DNA of 64,000 nucleotides from Gracilinanus agilis (Eukaryota), in the NCBI RefSeq assembly GCF_016433145.1, contig NC_058133.1, forward strand, positions 438,448,287 through 438,512,286. Reading direction: 5' to 3'. Below, piece by piece: positions 47,679 to 60,420 of the stretch. Each line of letters begins with the position of its first letter. The stretch's first letter is position 1. The translations under genes and the position numbers were made by a program. A model generated the notes under the pieces. The model saw only the letters and a list, made by a program, of their open reading frames with translations. It was not told where the DNA came from and made no database searches.

Positions 47679-49204
47679 AACCTCGAGTGAGTTTGTTTCT
47701 GTCTACTTTTTTGGGGGGGGAGCAGAGTTGTGGGATAAGGAAGTTGGGCTAAAATGGCCACACGGTGGCCTTGGATAGAGTGGTGTGGTCTCCTTGGAAT
47801 CCAGGTGAGTGGTTTTCCATTGTTCCAGGCCCCAAATAGGGACTCTTGACAGGAAAAATTGCTTCATTAGTTTTCAATAAGACCCTAATTCTCCCATAAA
47901 TCTCTCCCACCTCTACCTTCCCACCCACCAACCTTGCTCTCACCTTGATTAACCTCTTCAAGTTTCTTTGTCTGCTAGTGCCACCTCCCCCGCCAGGCAC
48001 CTGCACTGCTCTCCCATCACCCTTCCTCCTCCTCTGATCTTAGAAGTTAGTGCATACTCCTCTCTTGAGAACAAACCTCAAATGAATTGTCCCTCTCTTC
48101 CTTCTTTGTTATTTCAAATTGGGGTGGGGGTAATGACATTACCAGGGGGTCAGAAACAAGGGGAAATCATACTGTAAATGAGTTCTGTATATAACAAAAT
48201 GATAATAACCTTCAGTTCAGCTTACAGTTGCTGATTAATGATACATGGCATGAGAAATCCAAAGCCCTCTTTAGGGAACTCTGGTTCAGGGAAGCCAGGC
48301 TCCGAGAGCAGAATTACACATTCCATTCTCTTGATTGAGTGGCTCTGGCTACTGTGACTAACCTGAGTGTTAGAGACTGGCTTCTTTCCCCATACCAAGC
48401 CTGGTCCTCCAGGATCGAGTCCAATCAGCATCTTTTTAGGGGTCCCCAGACACTAGGAAAGCTCTACATCCCATCATGTAGAAATTGTAGGGATACGTGG
48501 CAAATAGGAATAGAGCGAGAGAGTTCCTATGGTCCATACCCAGAGGTTTATCTATCTGGCACTGTTCAGGGTAACAAGTCAGGATTCAGGACCACCAAAG
48601 GACAGGTACTGGCCATGGAAGAAAAGGAAGTATCAGTTCTAAGGAGGATGTGGCCAGTGGGAGCTCTGCTAGCTCCCTACGTGCCTTTGTAAAGTATTTG
48701 TTGTTGGCCCTGATATTCTTCTTGAGGATACAAGTGTGGCATCTGGAACCATATTTGATACTTAGAAGACACAGTCATAAACTAGTGCCATTTCCTCCTG
48801 GCATTTCAAATAGAAGAGGAAAAGGCATGTCCTTGCCATTTCTGACTCCATTTCTATTTGCATTATGGTCATCTCAGTACCCACTTTGATTATTCCCTAT
48901 CCTGTGTGAAGTATGGTAAAGCCTAATTGCTAGCACTTTAGGCAGAAGATAGACATTAATTGTTGATGTGACTTGTACTTCCTTTTAGGGATTTGAAGTG
49001 AAGATAGTATCCCTGTTTTGTTTTGTGTTTGTTTTTTTTGTCTCTGTGGTGTCTCCCGTTTCTGGGCCAGTTGATAGGAGATGGAAGTTAGTTATTGCAA
49101 TGCTTTTTATTTGGGCACTGAAGTAAAAGTGATGCTCCCTGTTTCCTGGAGGTTTCCTTTCACAGATACTATCGCTTGGAGGATGCTTCCTTGTGTGTGT
49201 GTGT

Positions 49205-49358
49205 TTTTTTAAACCCTTACATTCCATCTTTGGTAAGGCAATTGGAGCCAAGTGACTTGCCTAGGGTCACATAGCTAGGATGTGTCTGAGGCCAGACTTG
49301 AACCCAGGTCCTCCCAACTACAGGCCTGGCTCTCTTAACACTGGTCCACCTAGCTGCC
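49205..49358 (-). mobile_element. SINE1_Mdo
   Basis: aaacccttacattccatc...ccacctagctgcccc. Confidence 0.8.
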
Positions 49359-49689
49359 CCTTGCTTGTTTCTTTTTACCTTGTTGGTTAGGGACACCCTG
49401 CCAAAGGTATCTATCCTAAGGACCATTTTCAGCTGTTCTTGGAAGTCCCAACTAGTGGTCCTTACCTTGTTCCTCTTTGTCAAGAGGGCAAAATGGCTGC
49501 TGGGTTGTTGGGGTTTTTTGCATCTTCAGTGGTTACCAAGGAAGTTTTTTACCTTACCTTTAATCATTGGTAGCTCTCCAAAGGCTAAGACTCCTATCTC
49601 TGCCCCAGCAATAGTTTCTGTAGTGGCCTTGAGGATCATCCTCCAGATGCCAGGCTCAAGGTGGCAGGCTTATCAAGAACCATAAGATA

Positions 49690-50607
49690 TTTGACACATT
49701 GGTGCTCTCCCAAGTAGGAGGCTTGGCAGAAGAGGCAGGTCTGCCACACGTAGCAACAGCATTGGCAATAGTTTGAATTCTCGGATGAAGAAAACATCAC
49801 GTTGTCACAGAAAAACTGGCGCGACCTTTTCAGGTACTCTAAAGGTACATGGATGGTAGAGCCGCAGTTCCAGTCATAACATGTACAAGTCGAGGCTGAG
49901 GCACAAGCTTATGGGATATCCATGCATATGTCCAAAGTCTATTTTTGCTGGCAAAAATCTTGGAGCAAAGTTGGTGGTTGTGAAGGATAGTTTTACAAGC
50001 AGAGGTACAGGGTGAGGGCAGTGGAAACAGGCTTATGATTGTTTTCCTGAGGAAATGGGCTCTTCTTGGTAGATAGGAGGGAGTCAGTGAAACAGCATCC
50101 ACAGGTATAGCAAGCAGAAATGGTGTCCTGAGTGTGCAACCATTTGTGCCTTTGCATGTTGCTGTGGTTACTGAATTCATGGTTGCAGGGAGGACAAAGG
50201 AACACCTAGGGTGGCTTGCTGGCCCTCTGCTTTTCAAATTGATTCCTTCTTTCTAGAATCTGCTGCTGCTACTTAAGAAGCTTGTCTTTCTCTTGCTATA
50301 AATCTACCTTCTTTCACTTCTACTTCCTGTGTCTATATCTCTGCTGCTTTTGCCACTGGCGCCCAGTGCTTTTTGGGCATCCTCTATGGGGATAGCCACT
50401 TGAGCTTTGCAGTTTTTATTGGTCCTTCAAGCCTTTCTCTAATGCCCTTTCTTTCTGTTGCCTCTTCTAGGACTGCCCTCCGTGGAAAGAGACTTCCTTC
50501 CCACCATTATCCCCTTCCTTCTCTGACTAGTCTTGAGCTGATCCACTTTCTGACCAGCTGGCTTCATCCTCACCACCAGACCTGTAGCACGTAGGCTATT
50601 TCCTATT
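49690..50607 (-). pseudogene. Decayed C2H2 zinc-finger gene exon (3-5 degenerate fingers preceded by an acidic/Gln-Lys-rich segment)
   Basis: A perfect finger CPPCNHEFSNHSNMQRHKWLH (50196-50134), a 7-aa linker, then CYTCGCCF. A third finger CSKIFASKNRLWTYAWISH (49967-49911) has C-x3-F-x5-L-x2-[Y]-x4-H spacing. Many TAG/TAA/TGA stops and frameshifts. Confidence 0.65.
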
Positions 50608-51165
50608 CTAAAAATGACAGGATTGAGGGTAGTGGGGGCCAGGCTCCAGTTTTCTGAAGCAGGAAGAATCAGGCTTTGTTCAGGGAAGCCAGGGTAATGC
50701 ATTTGTTTGTCTTGTTGCTGGGATGTCGATAGAGGAAGAGGCTTAGTTCACATAGACAATGAAACAGAGCATTCCTCACTATAACCCTTGGCTCCAGATC
50801 TATGGATTCCTAGTTTGGTCCCTTACCTGGCCCTGAAGGCATTTTTATCATTCCCAAAGACCTGAAGCCTCTCCAATTCCGCTATGGTTTGAGGTAGGTA
50901 AACTGCCAACAAAGGCAGGGCCAGGGTTCCTAATCATCTGCTCCATCTATGCCCTCTAATACCATGACCTCACTAACCTCCCTTTCCTGCCCACTCTCTT
51001 TTGGTCCTTGGATCACATCAGAACGGATTCCACAAGTATTAGCTGAACCCAAGGTCTAACTGAGTCCTTAGCCTCTGCTTTCTTTTAAGGAGCTGGTATA
51101 GTCAGATGGGAGTCCAACCAGTTTGGCTCTCATTTATTCACTGAACAAGAATTAAGTTCCTAGTA

Positions 51166-51474
51166 TGAAAGTACAAGATATTCTACTAGTTCTATTAATA
51201 TGAAAAATGATAAAGGCTGGTATAAGTATATATAAATTAGTATTTTAATTAAAGCCATGTTGATAGATAAAGTTATCAGACCACGCGCTTGTAAGCATTC
51301 AAAACTGCCGCCTCCATTACTGTCTCCAGTCTGCTGGCCAAGAGACCACTCCCTCCCAACCCAGGAGATTTAAGCTCTTCCCTGGGTCAAGACGTAGGCC
51401 TTCCCAAGCCCAAAGACCCAGAAACGGAAACCAGTTGGACCATGTTGGATCACGGGAAATGTAGTTTTGCTACA
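51166..51474 (-). mobile_element. LTR (probable 3' LTR of a truncated ERV)
   Basis: The minus strand starts TGTAG directly after the purine tract AAGGGAAA and ends in CA; CpGs retained; AT-rich poly(A)-signal-like end. Confidence 0.5.
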
Positions 51475-51824
51475 TTTCCCTTGTCCATAGAAATATATAC
51501 ACTTTTAGATGGCATTCCCAAATTTCACTTTTACAATTCCCCGTGAGGTCCGGCAAAAAAAAAGGTTAGTCCTTTTTTCTTCGCTGGACCTGTAAAAATA
51601 ACAACTTCTAAATTTTTCAGGAATTTGGGGATAAAAGAAATAGATGAACAAATGGTTAAAATTAGCCGCATTGACAAAAACCCAATTTGGGGCTGTCCCC
51701 CACTGGCATAACAGTTCTAAGGATGTAAAGACAAAAACAATGTCCTTGCTCCTCTGGAATTTACAATGTAGAGCGGAAATATATCCTTTATACACTCAGC
51801 TTCTCTAGTTCTTTGGTTCTAGAA

Positions 51825-52174
51825 TGGTGATGGCAAACCTATGACATACATGTCAGCACTGACACACGTAGCCATTTTCGATGACATACTGCCTCATGCA
51901 GTTGCATACAGAGAAGTATGGGGCCACATGCCGAGGATGAAACATAGTGTAGTGCAGACACTCTGTGCCCAATAGATGACAATTCTACCTATATTAATTT
52001 ACCTTTTTTGGTTTATTAAATACAGTTATATATTACAATTATACATTTTTGCCATTTAAATTACAAATATTGTGAAATTATGGTGTTTTTTTCTCAAAGT
52101 GACACACCACCCAAGTTATGCTGGGTTTTTTGGTGAATTTTGACACACCAAGCTCAAAAGTTTGCCCATCACTG
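51825..52174. mobile_element. hAT non-autonomous DNA transposon (OposCharlie1/OC1-like MITE)
   Basis: TIRs tggtgatggcaaacct / aagtttgcccatcactg; 8-bp TSD TTCTAGAA at 51817-51824 and 52175-52182. Confidence 0.8.
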
Positions 52175-55100
52175 TTCTAGAATCATGATCAAACTGCCAT
52201 TGTGCCCAGGAAGAGTGACCTCTCTCCCAGACTAAAGTACCCTTCCTCAGACATCATTTTCCTATTAGAACATAAGCTTCTGGAGGACCAGATTGTCTTG
52301 GCTTTTGATTTGTATCCCTGGTACTTAGCAGTTCTTGGCACAAGGTAAACACTTAAGACAATGCTTTTTCATTAATTTATTTATCGCAGTTCCATACAAT
52401 GTATGTGCAGAAAATTTTCAAGAGGAAGAGACAAGGGCTAATAATTAGGGGATCCAGAAAGTTCTGTTGGTAGCCATTTGTAGGAGGCTATGTGGTAGGT
52501 TGTGGATCTGTCTGAAGCCCAACTGGGATCCCAGTTGAGGAAAGACTTATAGGCAGAATGTAAGGAAAACGAACCTGGGACAATGCTGAACTAAAGTCCT
52601 GGAATAAAGGATAGATAAGAGGTTGAAGCCCCTGCTATTAGGGGCTCATTCCAGCCCCCACCTCCCCAGAGCTTCTGCCTCTCTTGTGTTTTTGTACCCG
52701 TAACCTTTATAAAGTTTATCCCAGAATGGGGAAATGGATTCTAGGGATAAGAATCTCAGTCCCTGGTCTCCATGGTTCTGTAGGTGGGGGTGTGGGGTGT
52801 AGGGGTTGGGGTGAGGAGGGAGGCAGTTTACCGTAGAGCAGGGTGAGAAATAGGGCCATAAGCCAAAAGCTACTTAGATGCCAGCTGAGCTACAGAGAAA
52901 AAGGACAAAGGAATGGTGGGGGTGGTGAGGGGTTCAGAACAGATTATACTGGAGGAAATTAAGCGTCCTCCCTTTTCTAGATTTCCACAGCCTTCGTTTG
53001 TTCTTCTATTGCTTTCCTTACTATAGAATCTTCCCCTTGCCCCCACCCTTGCCTCCCTAAGCCTAGGTCTTTCAGGAGGTAAGAGTAGAGTTAGACCTGG
53101 AACCCTGCCATTTTAGGGGACTAACTCCTGGAGAAAAGGGGGTAAGCCTATTTACCTTTGGATGATCCATCCAAACCTGGTCAATTCTAGTCGAGGTGAG
53201 AGGTAGGGTCTCATTAGGTTGCTTGGCCTTACACCAAAATGAAAGTCTACCAAAAAGGAAGATTTTCCTAGTGTTTCTGGACATTCTTCTCAGTTGTCTT
53301 ATTAATTTCAGAAAGAAGAAGCTATCTGGTTACAATCAAGGGCAAGAATAACCCCAGTGAGAACAGGGAAATCAAGGCTCAGAGTTAGGAAAACAATTTC
53401 AGAAGCCCAAGGGAATGGCGAAAAGTATAAAACCCTCAGGGTTCAGTTTCCACTTCAGTCCCTGTCTCCATGACTGTCTTTCTAATGCAATCTTTATCCC
53501 CTATCACTATTTTCTTCACCAGTGTCCAGCCCCTAAGTCTTCTAGCTGTGCCCTAAGTCTCAAACGTGTGCCCCAGATAGCTGTCCTTCCTGCTAAGCAC
53601 AGAGGAGAGCTACCTCTAATTTACTTCTAGCTCTTTATGTAATGGGAAAAGAAGGAAGGAAGACTAAGTCAAAGAAAGAAAATGAACCAATCAGACGATG
53701 GGGGCCATTAGGAATGAAGCTAGAAAGCTTGGTGAAGAGGTCCAATGGCAAGGACTAGGGGGAGCTTAACTGGTACTCCTCTCACCAACACCCTTCCCCA
53801 TGTTGAAGACAGTTGAAGGCATCATGTGAAGCAAATTGAAATAGAAAGGGGCCACTGAATGGTACTTAAGGACCCCAGCAGGCCGCATTTTGACTTAGAA
53901 AACCACAAGTTAACATTATCTACATTCTACTGAATATTAACCCATTTTGTTAAAATTTTTTCCCAATTACATTTTAATTTGGTTAGGCTGGCTCTGGAAT
54001 GTTGGGGATCACAGACCCTTGTGATATAAAAAAACTTAATTTGCAGGGCCAGAGAAACCTACTCCTGTGGCTTTCTGTTCCTCAATTTTTCTTTCTATCC
54101 TGCAGGATTAAATATGAAGTCTTCTGTTTGGCATTGTGAGGTCCAAAGAAGGAAAAATTCTTTCCGGATTCAGAGGATCAGAGAAGGTTTTCTGGATGAG
54201 CTGAAATTCGAATTGGCTTCTTAAGGATTGGTAGAAATTCAAGAGAATTCCTTGAAGGAATAGGAATTCCGAGAATAGATAACAATATGAACAAAGACAT
54301 AGGGTGGAAGATATTGAGGTTCAAAATCTATTTCTCACGCTTAGAGCTGTGTGACTTTTGGTAAGTCACAACCTTTCTAATCCTTAGTTTCTTCATCTGT
54401 TAAATAGAAATTATAATAACAATTGAAGTACAAAACTGAAAATGGAATGCTATTTCGAAAATATCTAAGCATCCATAGAATGCAGTGTCTTCTCATTCAC
54501 CTCCTTTCCATTTGCCTAAAAGTGCAATGACAATGCCTAATATTTACATGGCACTTTAAAAATACCAAGTGCTATTGTTAATCCCATTTTACAGATAAGG
54601 AAACTGAAAAAAAACAAAACAAAACACCGAAATTAAGTGATTTAGGAGGAGTCACACAGTTAGTGTCTGGGGTTGAATCTGAACTCCAGTTTCTCTAACT
54701 TCAAGGCCAGCACTCTGCCTACCTCTGACATTTTAATTTCCTCCTCTTCTCATCTCTGAATCCCTCACTTCTTTTAAGATACAGCTCAAGTACTACCTTC
54801 CATAGGATCCTTCCTATATAATGCCTTTCTTGATTTCTGCAGCTGCTAGTGACCTTTCTCCTCTATTCTTCATGAATTTTTATTCTGTATATATTTTTAA
54901 TATACATCTTTGTACACATGTTATCTCTCATAGAAAGTAAGTTGTTTAAGAACAGGGATTGTTTCATTTTTTTTTTGTCTTCTTATCCTCAGTGCCTAGT
55001 ACATAGAAAATGCCTAATAAATGCTTATTGATTGTTTTGTTCGATTAAGGCAACATGTACATATATAAATGTAGGAGTAGGGTCGGAATATCCCTGGCAT

Positions 55101-55335
55101 GTGTGCCATAGGTTTGCCAACACAGGACTATAATCTGCTATTTTGTTCCCCAAATGTTTTCAGTAAACTGAATTGTATCTCAATCACAAAGAGGTCAGAG
55201 GTTAACAGGAAGGTATAAATGTAAAGTTAAGCAGAGAACCCATCCTTTCCCTAAGTGCTGGGAATTTTTTCCCTAACTAGGAACTCACAATGATTGTGAC
55301 TGAACTCAGAATTTTTCTATCTAAAATAAACTTCT

Positions 55336-55530
55336 GGGGGCATCTGGGTGGCTCAGTGGATTGAGAGCCAGGCCTAGAGATGGGAGGTCCTAAGCTTAAA
55401 TCTGGCCTCAGACACTTCCTAGCTGTGTGACCCTGGGCAAGTCACTCAATATCCATTGCCTAGCCCTTACCACTCTTCTGCCTTGGAACCAATATACAGT
55501 ATTGATTCTAAGGCGGAAGGTAAGGTATTA
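55336..55530 (+). mobile_element. SINE1_Mdo
   Basis: ggggcatctgggtggctcagtggattgagagcc...aaggcggaaggtaagg. Confidence 0.85.
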
Positions 55531-56119
55531 TTTTATTTAATAATAATTTAATGTAAAATAATAATAACAAAATAAAATAAACCTTTTATTCTCTTACAAT
55601 GTCCAAAATGGAAGTATATTTTGCATGACAATGTGTGTATAATCCATATCAGATTACTTACCATCTCCAAGAGGGGGAAGGGAGACAATTTGGATCTTAT
55701 AATTTTGGAAAATGTTTGTTGAAAATTGTTATTATATGTGATTGAGAAAATTAAATATCTTTGACTAAGATAAAATAAAATAAACTTCATAAAACTGAAG
55801 AGAAGGAAAGTAAGCAGACTGTTGCCTCAGTGTGAGGGATTCCAAGCAGATTAACACTAAAATCAAGTAGCAGCTTCTTTGGACGAGCAAACATGGGGTC
55901 TGGCAGGAGTTCAAGCTCCTTGACACTTGAGAAAGTGGCAAGAATACATTTATCAAGAGTATGTTCCATTTCCTCTTAGGCTTAAATTGAGCTAGTTATT
56001 AAAAGAGACTACACAAATATATTTGGAATATTTTAAAAGATGAATGCAAGGTGTTTTGGAAAGGAGGGCACTAGCAGGTGTGGTGGATCAGGGAAGGTTC
56101 CATGTAGAAGGAGACCTTG

Positions 56120-56325
56120 AGGGGATGGCTGGGTGGCTCAGTGGACTGAAAGCCAGGATTAGAGACTAGAGGTTCTGGGTTCAAATCTGGCCTTGGACAC
56201 TTCCTAGCTGTAGGACCTTGGGCGAGTCACTTAACTCCCATTGCCTGGCCCTTACCACTCTTCTGCCTTGGAACCAATACACAGTGTTGATTCTAAGATG
56301 GAAGGTAAAGGTTAGAAAAAAAGAA
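56120..56325 (+). mobile_element. SINE1_Mdo
   Basis: ggctgggtggctcagtggactg...gattctaagatggaaggtaaagg. Confidence 0.85.
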
Positions 56326-56344
56326 AAGGAGTCCTTGAGCTGGA

Positions 56345-56535
56345 GCTAATCCTTCTTCTACATGACAACCCTTCAAACACTTGAAGGCAGTTATCATGTC
56401 CCCCTCTTGCCAGCACTGCCTCACCCCAGCCCAGTCTTTTTTCAGATTAAACATCCCTAATTCCTTCAACTAATCCTCATATAACATGGATTTAAGATGC
56501 TTCAATATCCTGGTTAATCTCCTATGGATGCTTTC
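56345..56535 (-). mobile_element. L3/CR1 3' relic
   Basis: cttctacatgacaacccttcaaacacttgaaggcagttatcatgtcccc...ttccttcaactaatcctcat. Confidence 0.6.
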
Positions 56536-57099
56536 CAGTTTCACAACGTCCTTTAGTCAGTCAATAAATATTTATTAAGCACCTACTATAGTGTGTCCAA
56601 GTGGCTTGGTGGAGAGAGGGTCAGCCCTGGGGATGGGAGGATCTGGGTTCAAATATTATCTTGCATACTTCCTAACTGTGTGACCTTGGGCAAGTCACTT
56701 AACTCTAATTGCTCTTCTGTCTCAGAAAGGAGGAAGTCATGATGGGCTTTGAATGCCAAACTGAGGATTTTATATTCAATCCTGGAGGTATGAGGGAGTC
56801 CATGTGCTTTTTAATCTTTGGACAGCTGAGTGGAGGATGGATTGGAGTCAAGAGAGACTTGAGACAGGCTACTGCCACTGTCTAGGGGGAGATGTTGAAA
56901 GCCTGCACCTGCATGGTAGCAGTGTCACAGGAAAGAAGGGGTGGATTTAAGAGATGTTATGAAGGTAAAACTGACACACTTTAGCATTGGATTAGATACG
57001 GGGGAGTAAGAAAGAGTAGAGAGTAGATAATGACATCTAGATTTCAAGCCTGAGTGACTGGGAGTAGTGTGTGCAGTAGTCAGAGTGTGTGATCTGGGG

Positions 57100-57437
57100 T
57101 GAGGAAGACTCATCTTCCTGAGTTCAAATCTGGCCTCAGACACTTCCTAGCTGGGTGACCCTGGGCAAGTCACTTAACCTCCATTGCCTAGCCCTTACTG
57201 CTCTTCTGCCTTAGAACCAATGCACAGTATTGAGTCCAAGATAGAAGGTAAGGATTTAAAACAAAAACAAACAAACAAACAAAAGAATCAATACTAAGCA
57301 TTGGTTCTAAGGTGTGGTGAGGGATAGGAAATTGAGGGTAAGTGGCTTGCCCAGAGTAAAACAACTAAGTAGAGTCTGAGATCAAATTTGAACCCAAGAC
57401 CTCCCATCTCCAGGCCTGACTCTCCACTGAGCTGCCC
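57100..57437. mobile_element. Tail-to-tail SINE1_Mdo pair (+ 57100-57270, - ~57285-57437)
   Basis: Sense copy followed by an antisense copy across an (AAAC)n tail. Confidence 0.7.
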
Positions 57438-57779
57438 CAACCATAGAGATTTTAAGACATCAATTGAATATTCCGTTAAAGATGTCTAATAGGTAGTTGG
57501 AGCTGTCCCTCTGAATGGGAGATTAGGGCTGGATAAGTAGATTTAAGAATCATTAGTGTAGAAATAATTGAATCCATAACAGATGAGTGAAATATTACCG
57601 CAGAAGAGAAGAAGGCGCAGGACAGAGCCCTTTGGCATAACTACCTTTAGTGAGCATGATCTGGATGAAGCTCCAAAAGGAACCTGAGAAGGAGTACTCA
57701 GATAGGTAGGAGGAAAACCAGGAGGGAGCAACGTCCCAAAAGCCTACAGAGAAGAGTATTAAGAGGAAGAAGGCGAGTT

Positions 57780-57960
57780 CTTAAACACGCAAGAATGAAC
57801 AAAATACTCCAAATGAAATCTGACAAGAGCAAAGCACGGCAGAATGACCATTTGCTCAATCCTGGAAGCTCTGCCCAAATCACATGAACCACATCTCTCT
57901 GCTGATTCACATGGAGCCTGTAGTCCACTGAAAATCTTCTACCTTTTTCAGGGGAACTGC
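57780..57960 (-). mobile_element. L3/CR1 ORF2 relic
   Basis: A minus frame gives RIEQMVILPCFALVRFHLEYFVH, matching the CR1 motif [21 protein letters not shown]. Confidence 0.6.
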
Positions 57961-58671
57961 TGGCTAGCCACATCTCTCACATCTTAGACCTAGAAGGTTG
58001 ATTTAAATTTTTTTAATTTTAATACCAAATTTCTCCATGAGTTTTCCAAAGTTATATAATCCAGATTATCTCCCTCCCTTCTTCCCTCCCCTCTCCCAGA
58101 AGAAGTTGATTTTTGAACCCCTATAAGACTTTACTTTATTCTTATTGAATTACATATTTATTAGACTATCAAGATCTTTTTTTAATTCTTACTCTGCCAT
58201 TCAATGTGCTAACTCTCTCTTCCAACTTTGTATCATCTGTAGATTTGATAAGCATGACATCTATTCTCTTATGAATGAAATGAATGAATTGAAAAAACAT
58301 TCATTAAGTACTTACTATGTGTCAAGTCATAGGAATAGAAATACAAAACAAAACAAAACAAAACAAAACACCCTGAGCTTTTGTCTTAGGATGTAAATAT
58401 TAGTTCCATGGCAGAAGAGCAGTAAGGGCTAAGCAATTGGGATTAAGTGACCTGCCCAGGGTCACCCAGCTAGGAAGTATCTGAGACTAGATTTGAACCC
58501 AGAACCTCCCATCTTTAGGTCTGATTCTCTATCCACTTAGCCTACCTACCCCCAAAATACAAAATCAAAATGATCTTGGTCCTTAAGGAGTTTATGTTCT
58601 AACAAGGGAATATAACATATAAAAGCTAATAGAGGTCAGGGGTGAATTAGAAAGTCTCAGGAAAAAAGAAT

Positions 58672-60016
58672 GGGTAGGTAAGTGGCACAGTGGATACAGT
58701 TCCAGGCCTGAGATCAGGAAGACCTGAGTTCAAATCTGTCCTCGGACACTTCCTACCTATGTGACCCTTGGCAAGTCACCAAAAAACAAAACAAAACAAA
58801 AAAAAAAAAACCCTTTTTGCCTCAGTTTCTCCATCTGTAAAAATGAACTGGAGAAGGAAATGGCAAACTATTCTAGTATCTTTGTCAAGAAAACCCCAAA
58901 CTGGATCACAAAGAGGCACAGCTAACATTTGGAACTATGCCTAAAGGGCGTTAAAAGACTGCCTGCCTTCTGAGGGATTTATGGAAAGGAACACTACCCA
59001 CATTCAGAGGAAGAACTACAGGAGTAGAAACACAGAAGAAAAACAACTGCTTGGGCACTTGGGTTGATGAGGACATGATTGGGGATGTAGAACTGAAAAG
59101 ACCACACCCATGTAACTATCAATAATGTGTAAATAAGATTTGACTGACCACACATAATAAAACCAGTGGAAATGCAAATTAGCTACAGAGGAGGGGGGCA
59201 GGGGGTTGAGGAGGTGAAGGGGAAAGTAAAAACATGAGTTATGTAACCATGGAAAATTTTTCTAAAAATAAAAAATTATTAAAAAAAAAAAAAAAGACTG
59301 CCTGCCCTTTGATCCAGCCATACCACTGCTGGGTTTATACCCCAAAGAGATAATAAGGAAAAAGACTTGTACAAAAATATTTATAGCTGAGCTCTTTGTG
59401 ATGGTAAAAAATTGGAAAATGAGGGGATGCCCTTCAATTGGGGAATGGCTGAACAAATTGTGGTATCTGTTGGTCAAGGAATACTATTGTGCTCAAAGGA
59501 ATAATGAACTGGAGGAATTCCACGTGAACTGGAATGGCCTCCAGGAATTGATGCAGAGTGAAAGGAGCAGAACCAGGAGAATATTGTACACAGAGACGGA
59601 TACACTGTGGCACAATCGAATATAATAGGCTTCTCTACTAGCAGCAATGCAATGACCCAGGACAATTATGAGGGACTTATGAGAAAGAACGCTATCCACA
59701 TTCAGAGGAAGAACTACAGGAGAGGAAACACAGAAGAAAAACAACTGCTTGATCACATGGTTCAATAGAGATATGGTTGGGGATGTAGATTCTAAGTGAT
59801 CACCCTAATGCAAATACTAATAATATGGAAATAGGTCTTGATCAATGACACATGTAAAACGCAGTGGCATTGCTCATTGGCTACAGGAGTGGAGTGGGAG
59901 GAGGAGAGGGAAAGAACATGAATCATGTAACCATGGAAAAATAATCTAAATAAATAAATAAACTTAAATTCTTAAAAAAAAAAAGAGAGACACAGCTAAA
60001 ACAACTGAACAACAAT
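58672..60016 (+). mobile_element. Nested insertions: MAR1 SINE (58672-58925, resuming ~59991-60016) interrupted by an L1 (58926-59985), itself interrupted by a younger L1 3' end (58968-59291)
   Basis: Inner TSD aaaagactgcctgcc at 58953-58967 and 59292-59306; outer TSD cacagctaa at 58917-58925 and 59991-59999; L1 ORF2 translation MVKNWKMRGCPSIGEWLNKLWY. Confidence 0.8.
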
Positions 60017-60235
60017 AGACATATAGAATGGAGTTATAGTGAAAGAGATTGACATTCTCTTTCCACTGGAAGTGACAAAATCTATTAGCTTATGGTTCCT
60101 GATTTATAAGGAAGGGAGTTTGGGAAGGGAAGAAGGAGAATAAAAAGGAAGATGGTTTGACTGTGGTAGCAAGGGGTAGAGTGAAGCATGGCTAGGGTCG
60201 GCTAAATATAGTGGGCCATCAAGATGACAAAGCAG

Positions 60236-60420
60236 AGGGGCTGCTAGGTAGCTAAGTAGGAAGCACCAGTTGGAGCTGGGAGAATTTGGGTTCAAATATG
60301 ATCTCAGACACTTCCTAGCTGTGTGATCCTGGGCAAGTCACTTAACCCCAATTGCCTAGCCCTTACCACTCTTCTGTCTTAGAACTGATGTAAAGGCAGA
60401 AGGTATCATTTTTTTAAATT
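60236..60420 (+). mobile_element. SINE1_Mdo
   Basis: ggggctgctaggtagct...gtgtgatcctgggcaagtcacttaaccccaattgcctagcccttacc. Confidence 0.8.

Noticed and set aside
57698-57973. 91-aa minus-strand ORF (MWLASSSPEK...)
   Set aside because: It overlaps an L3/CR1 relic and L2-like sequence; another frame gives the CR1 motif.
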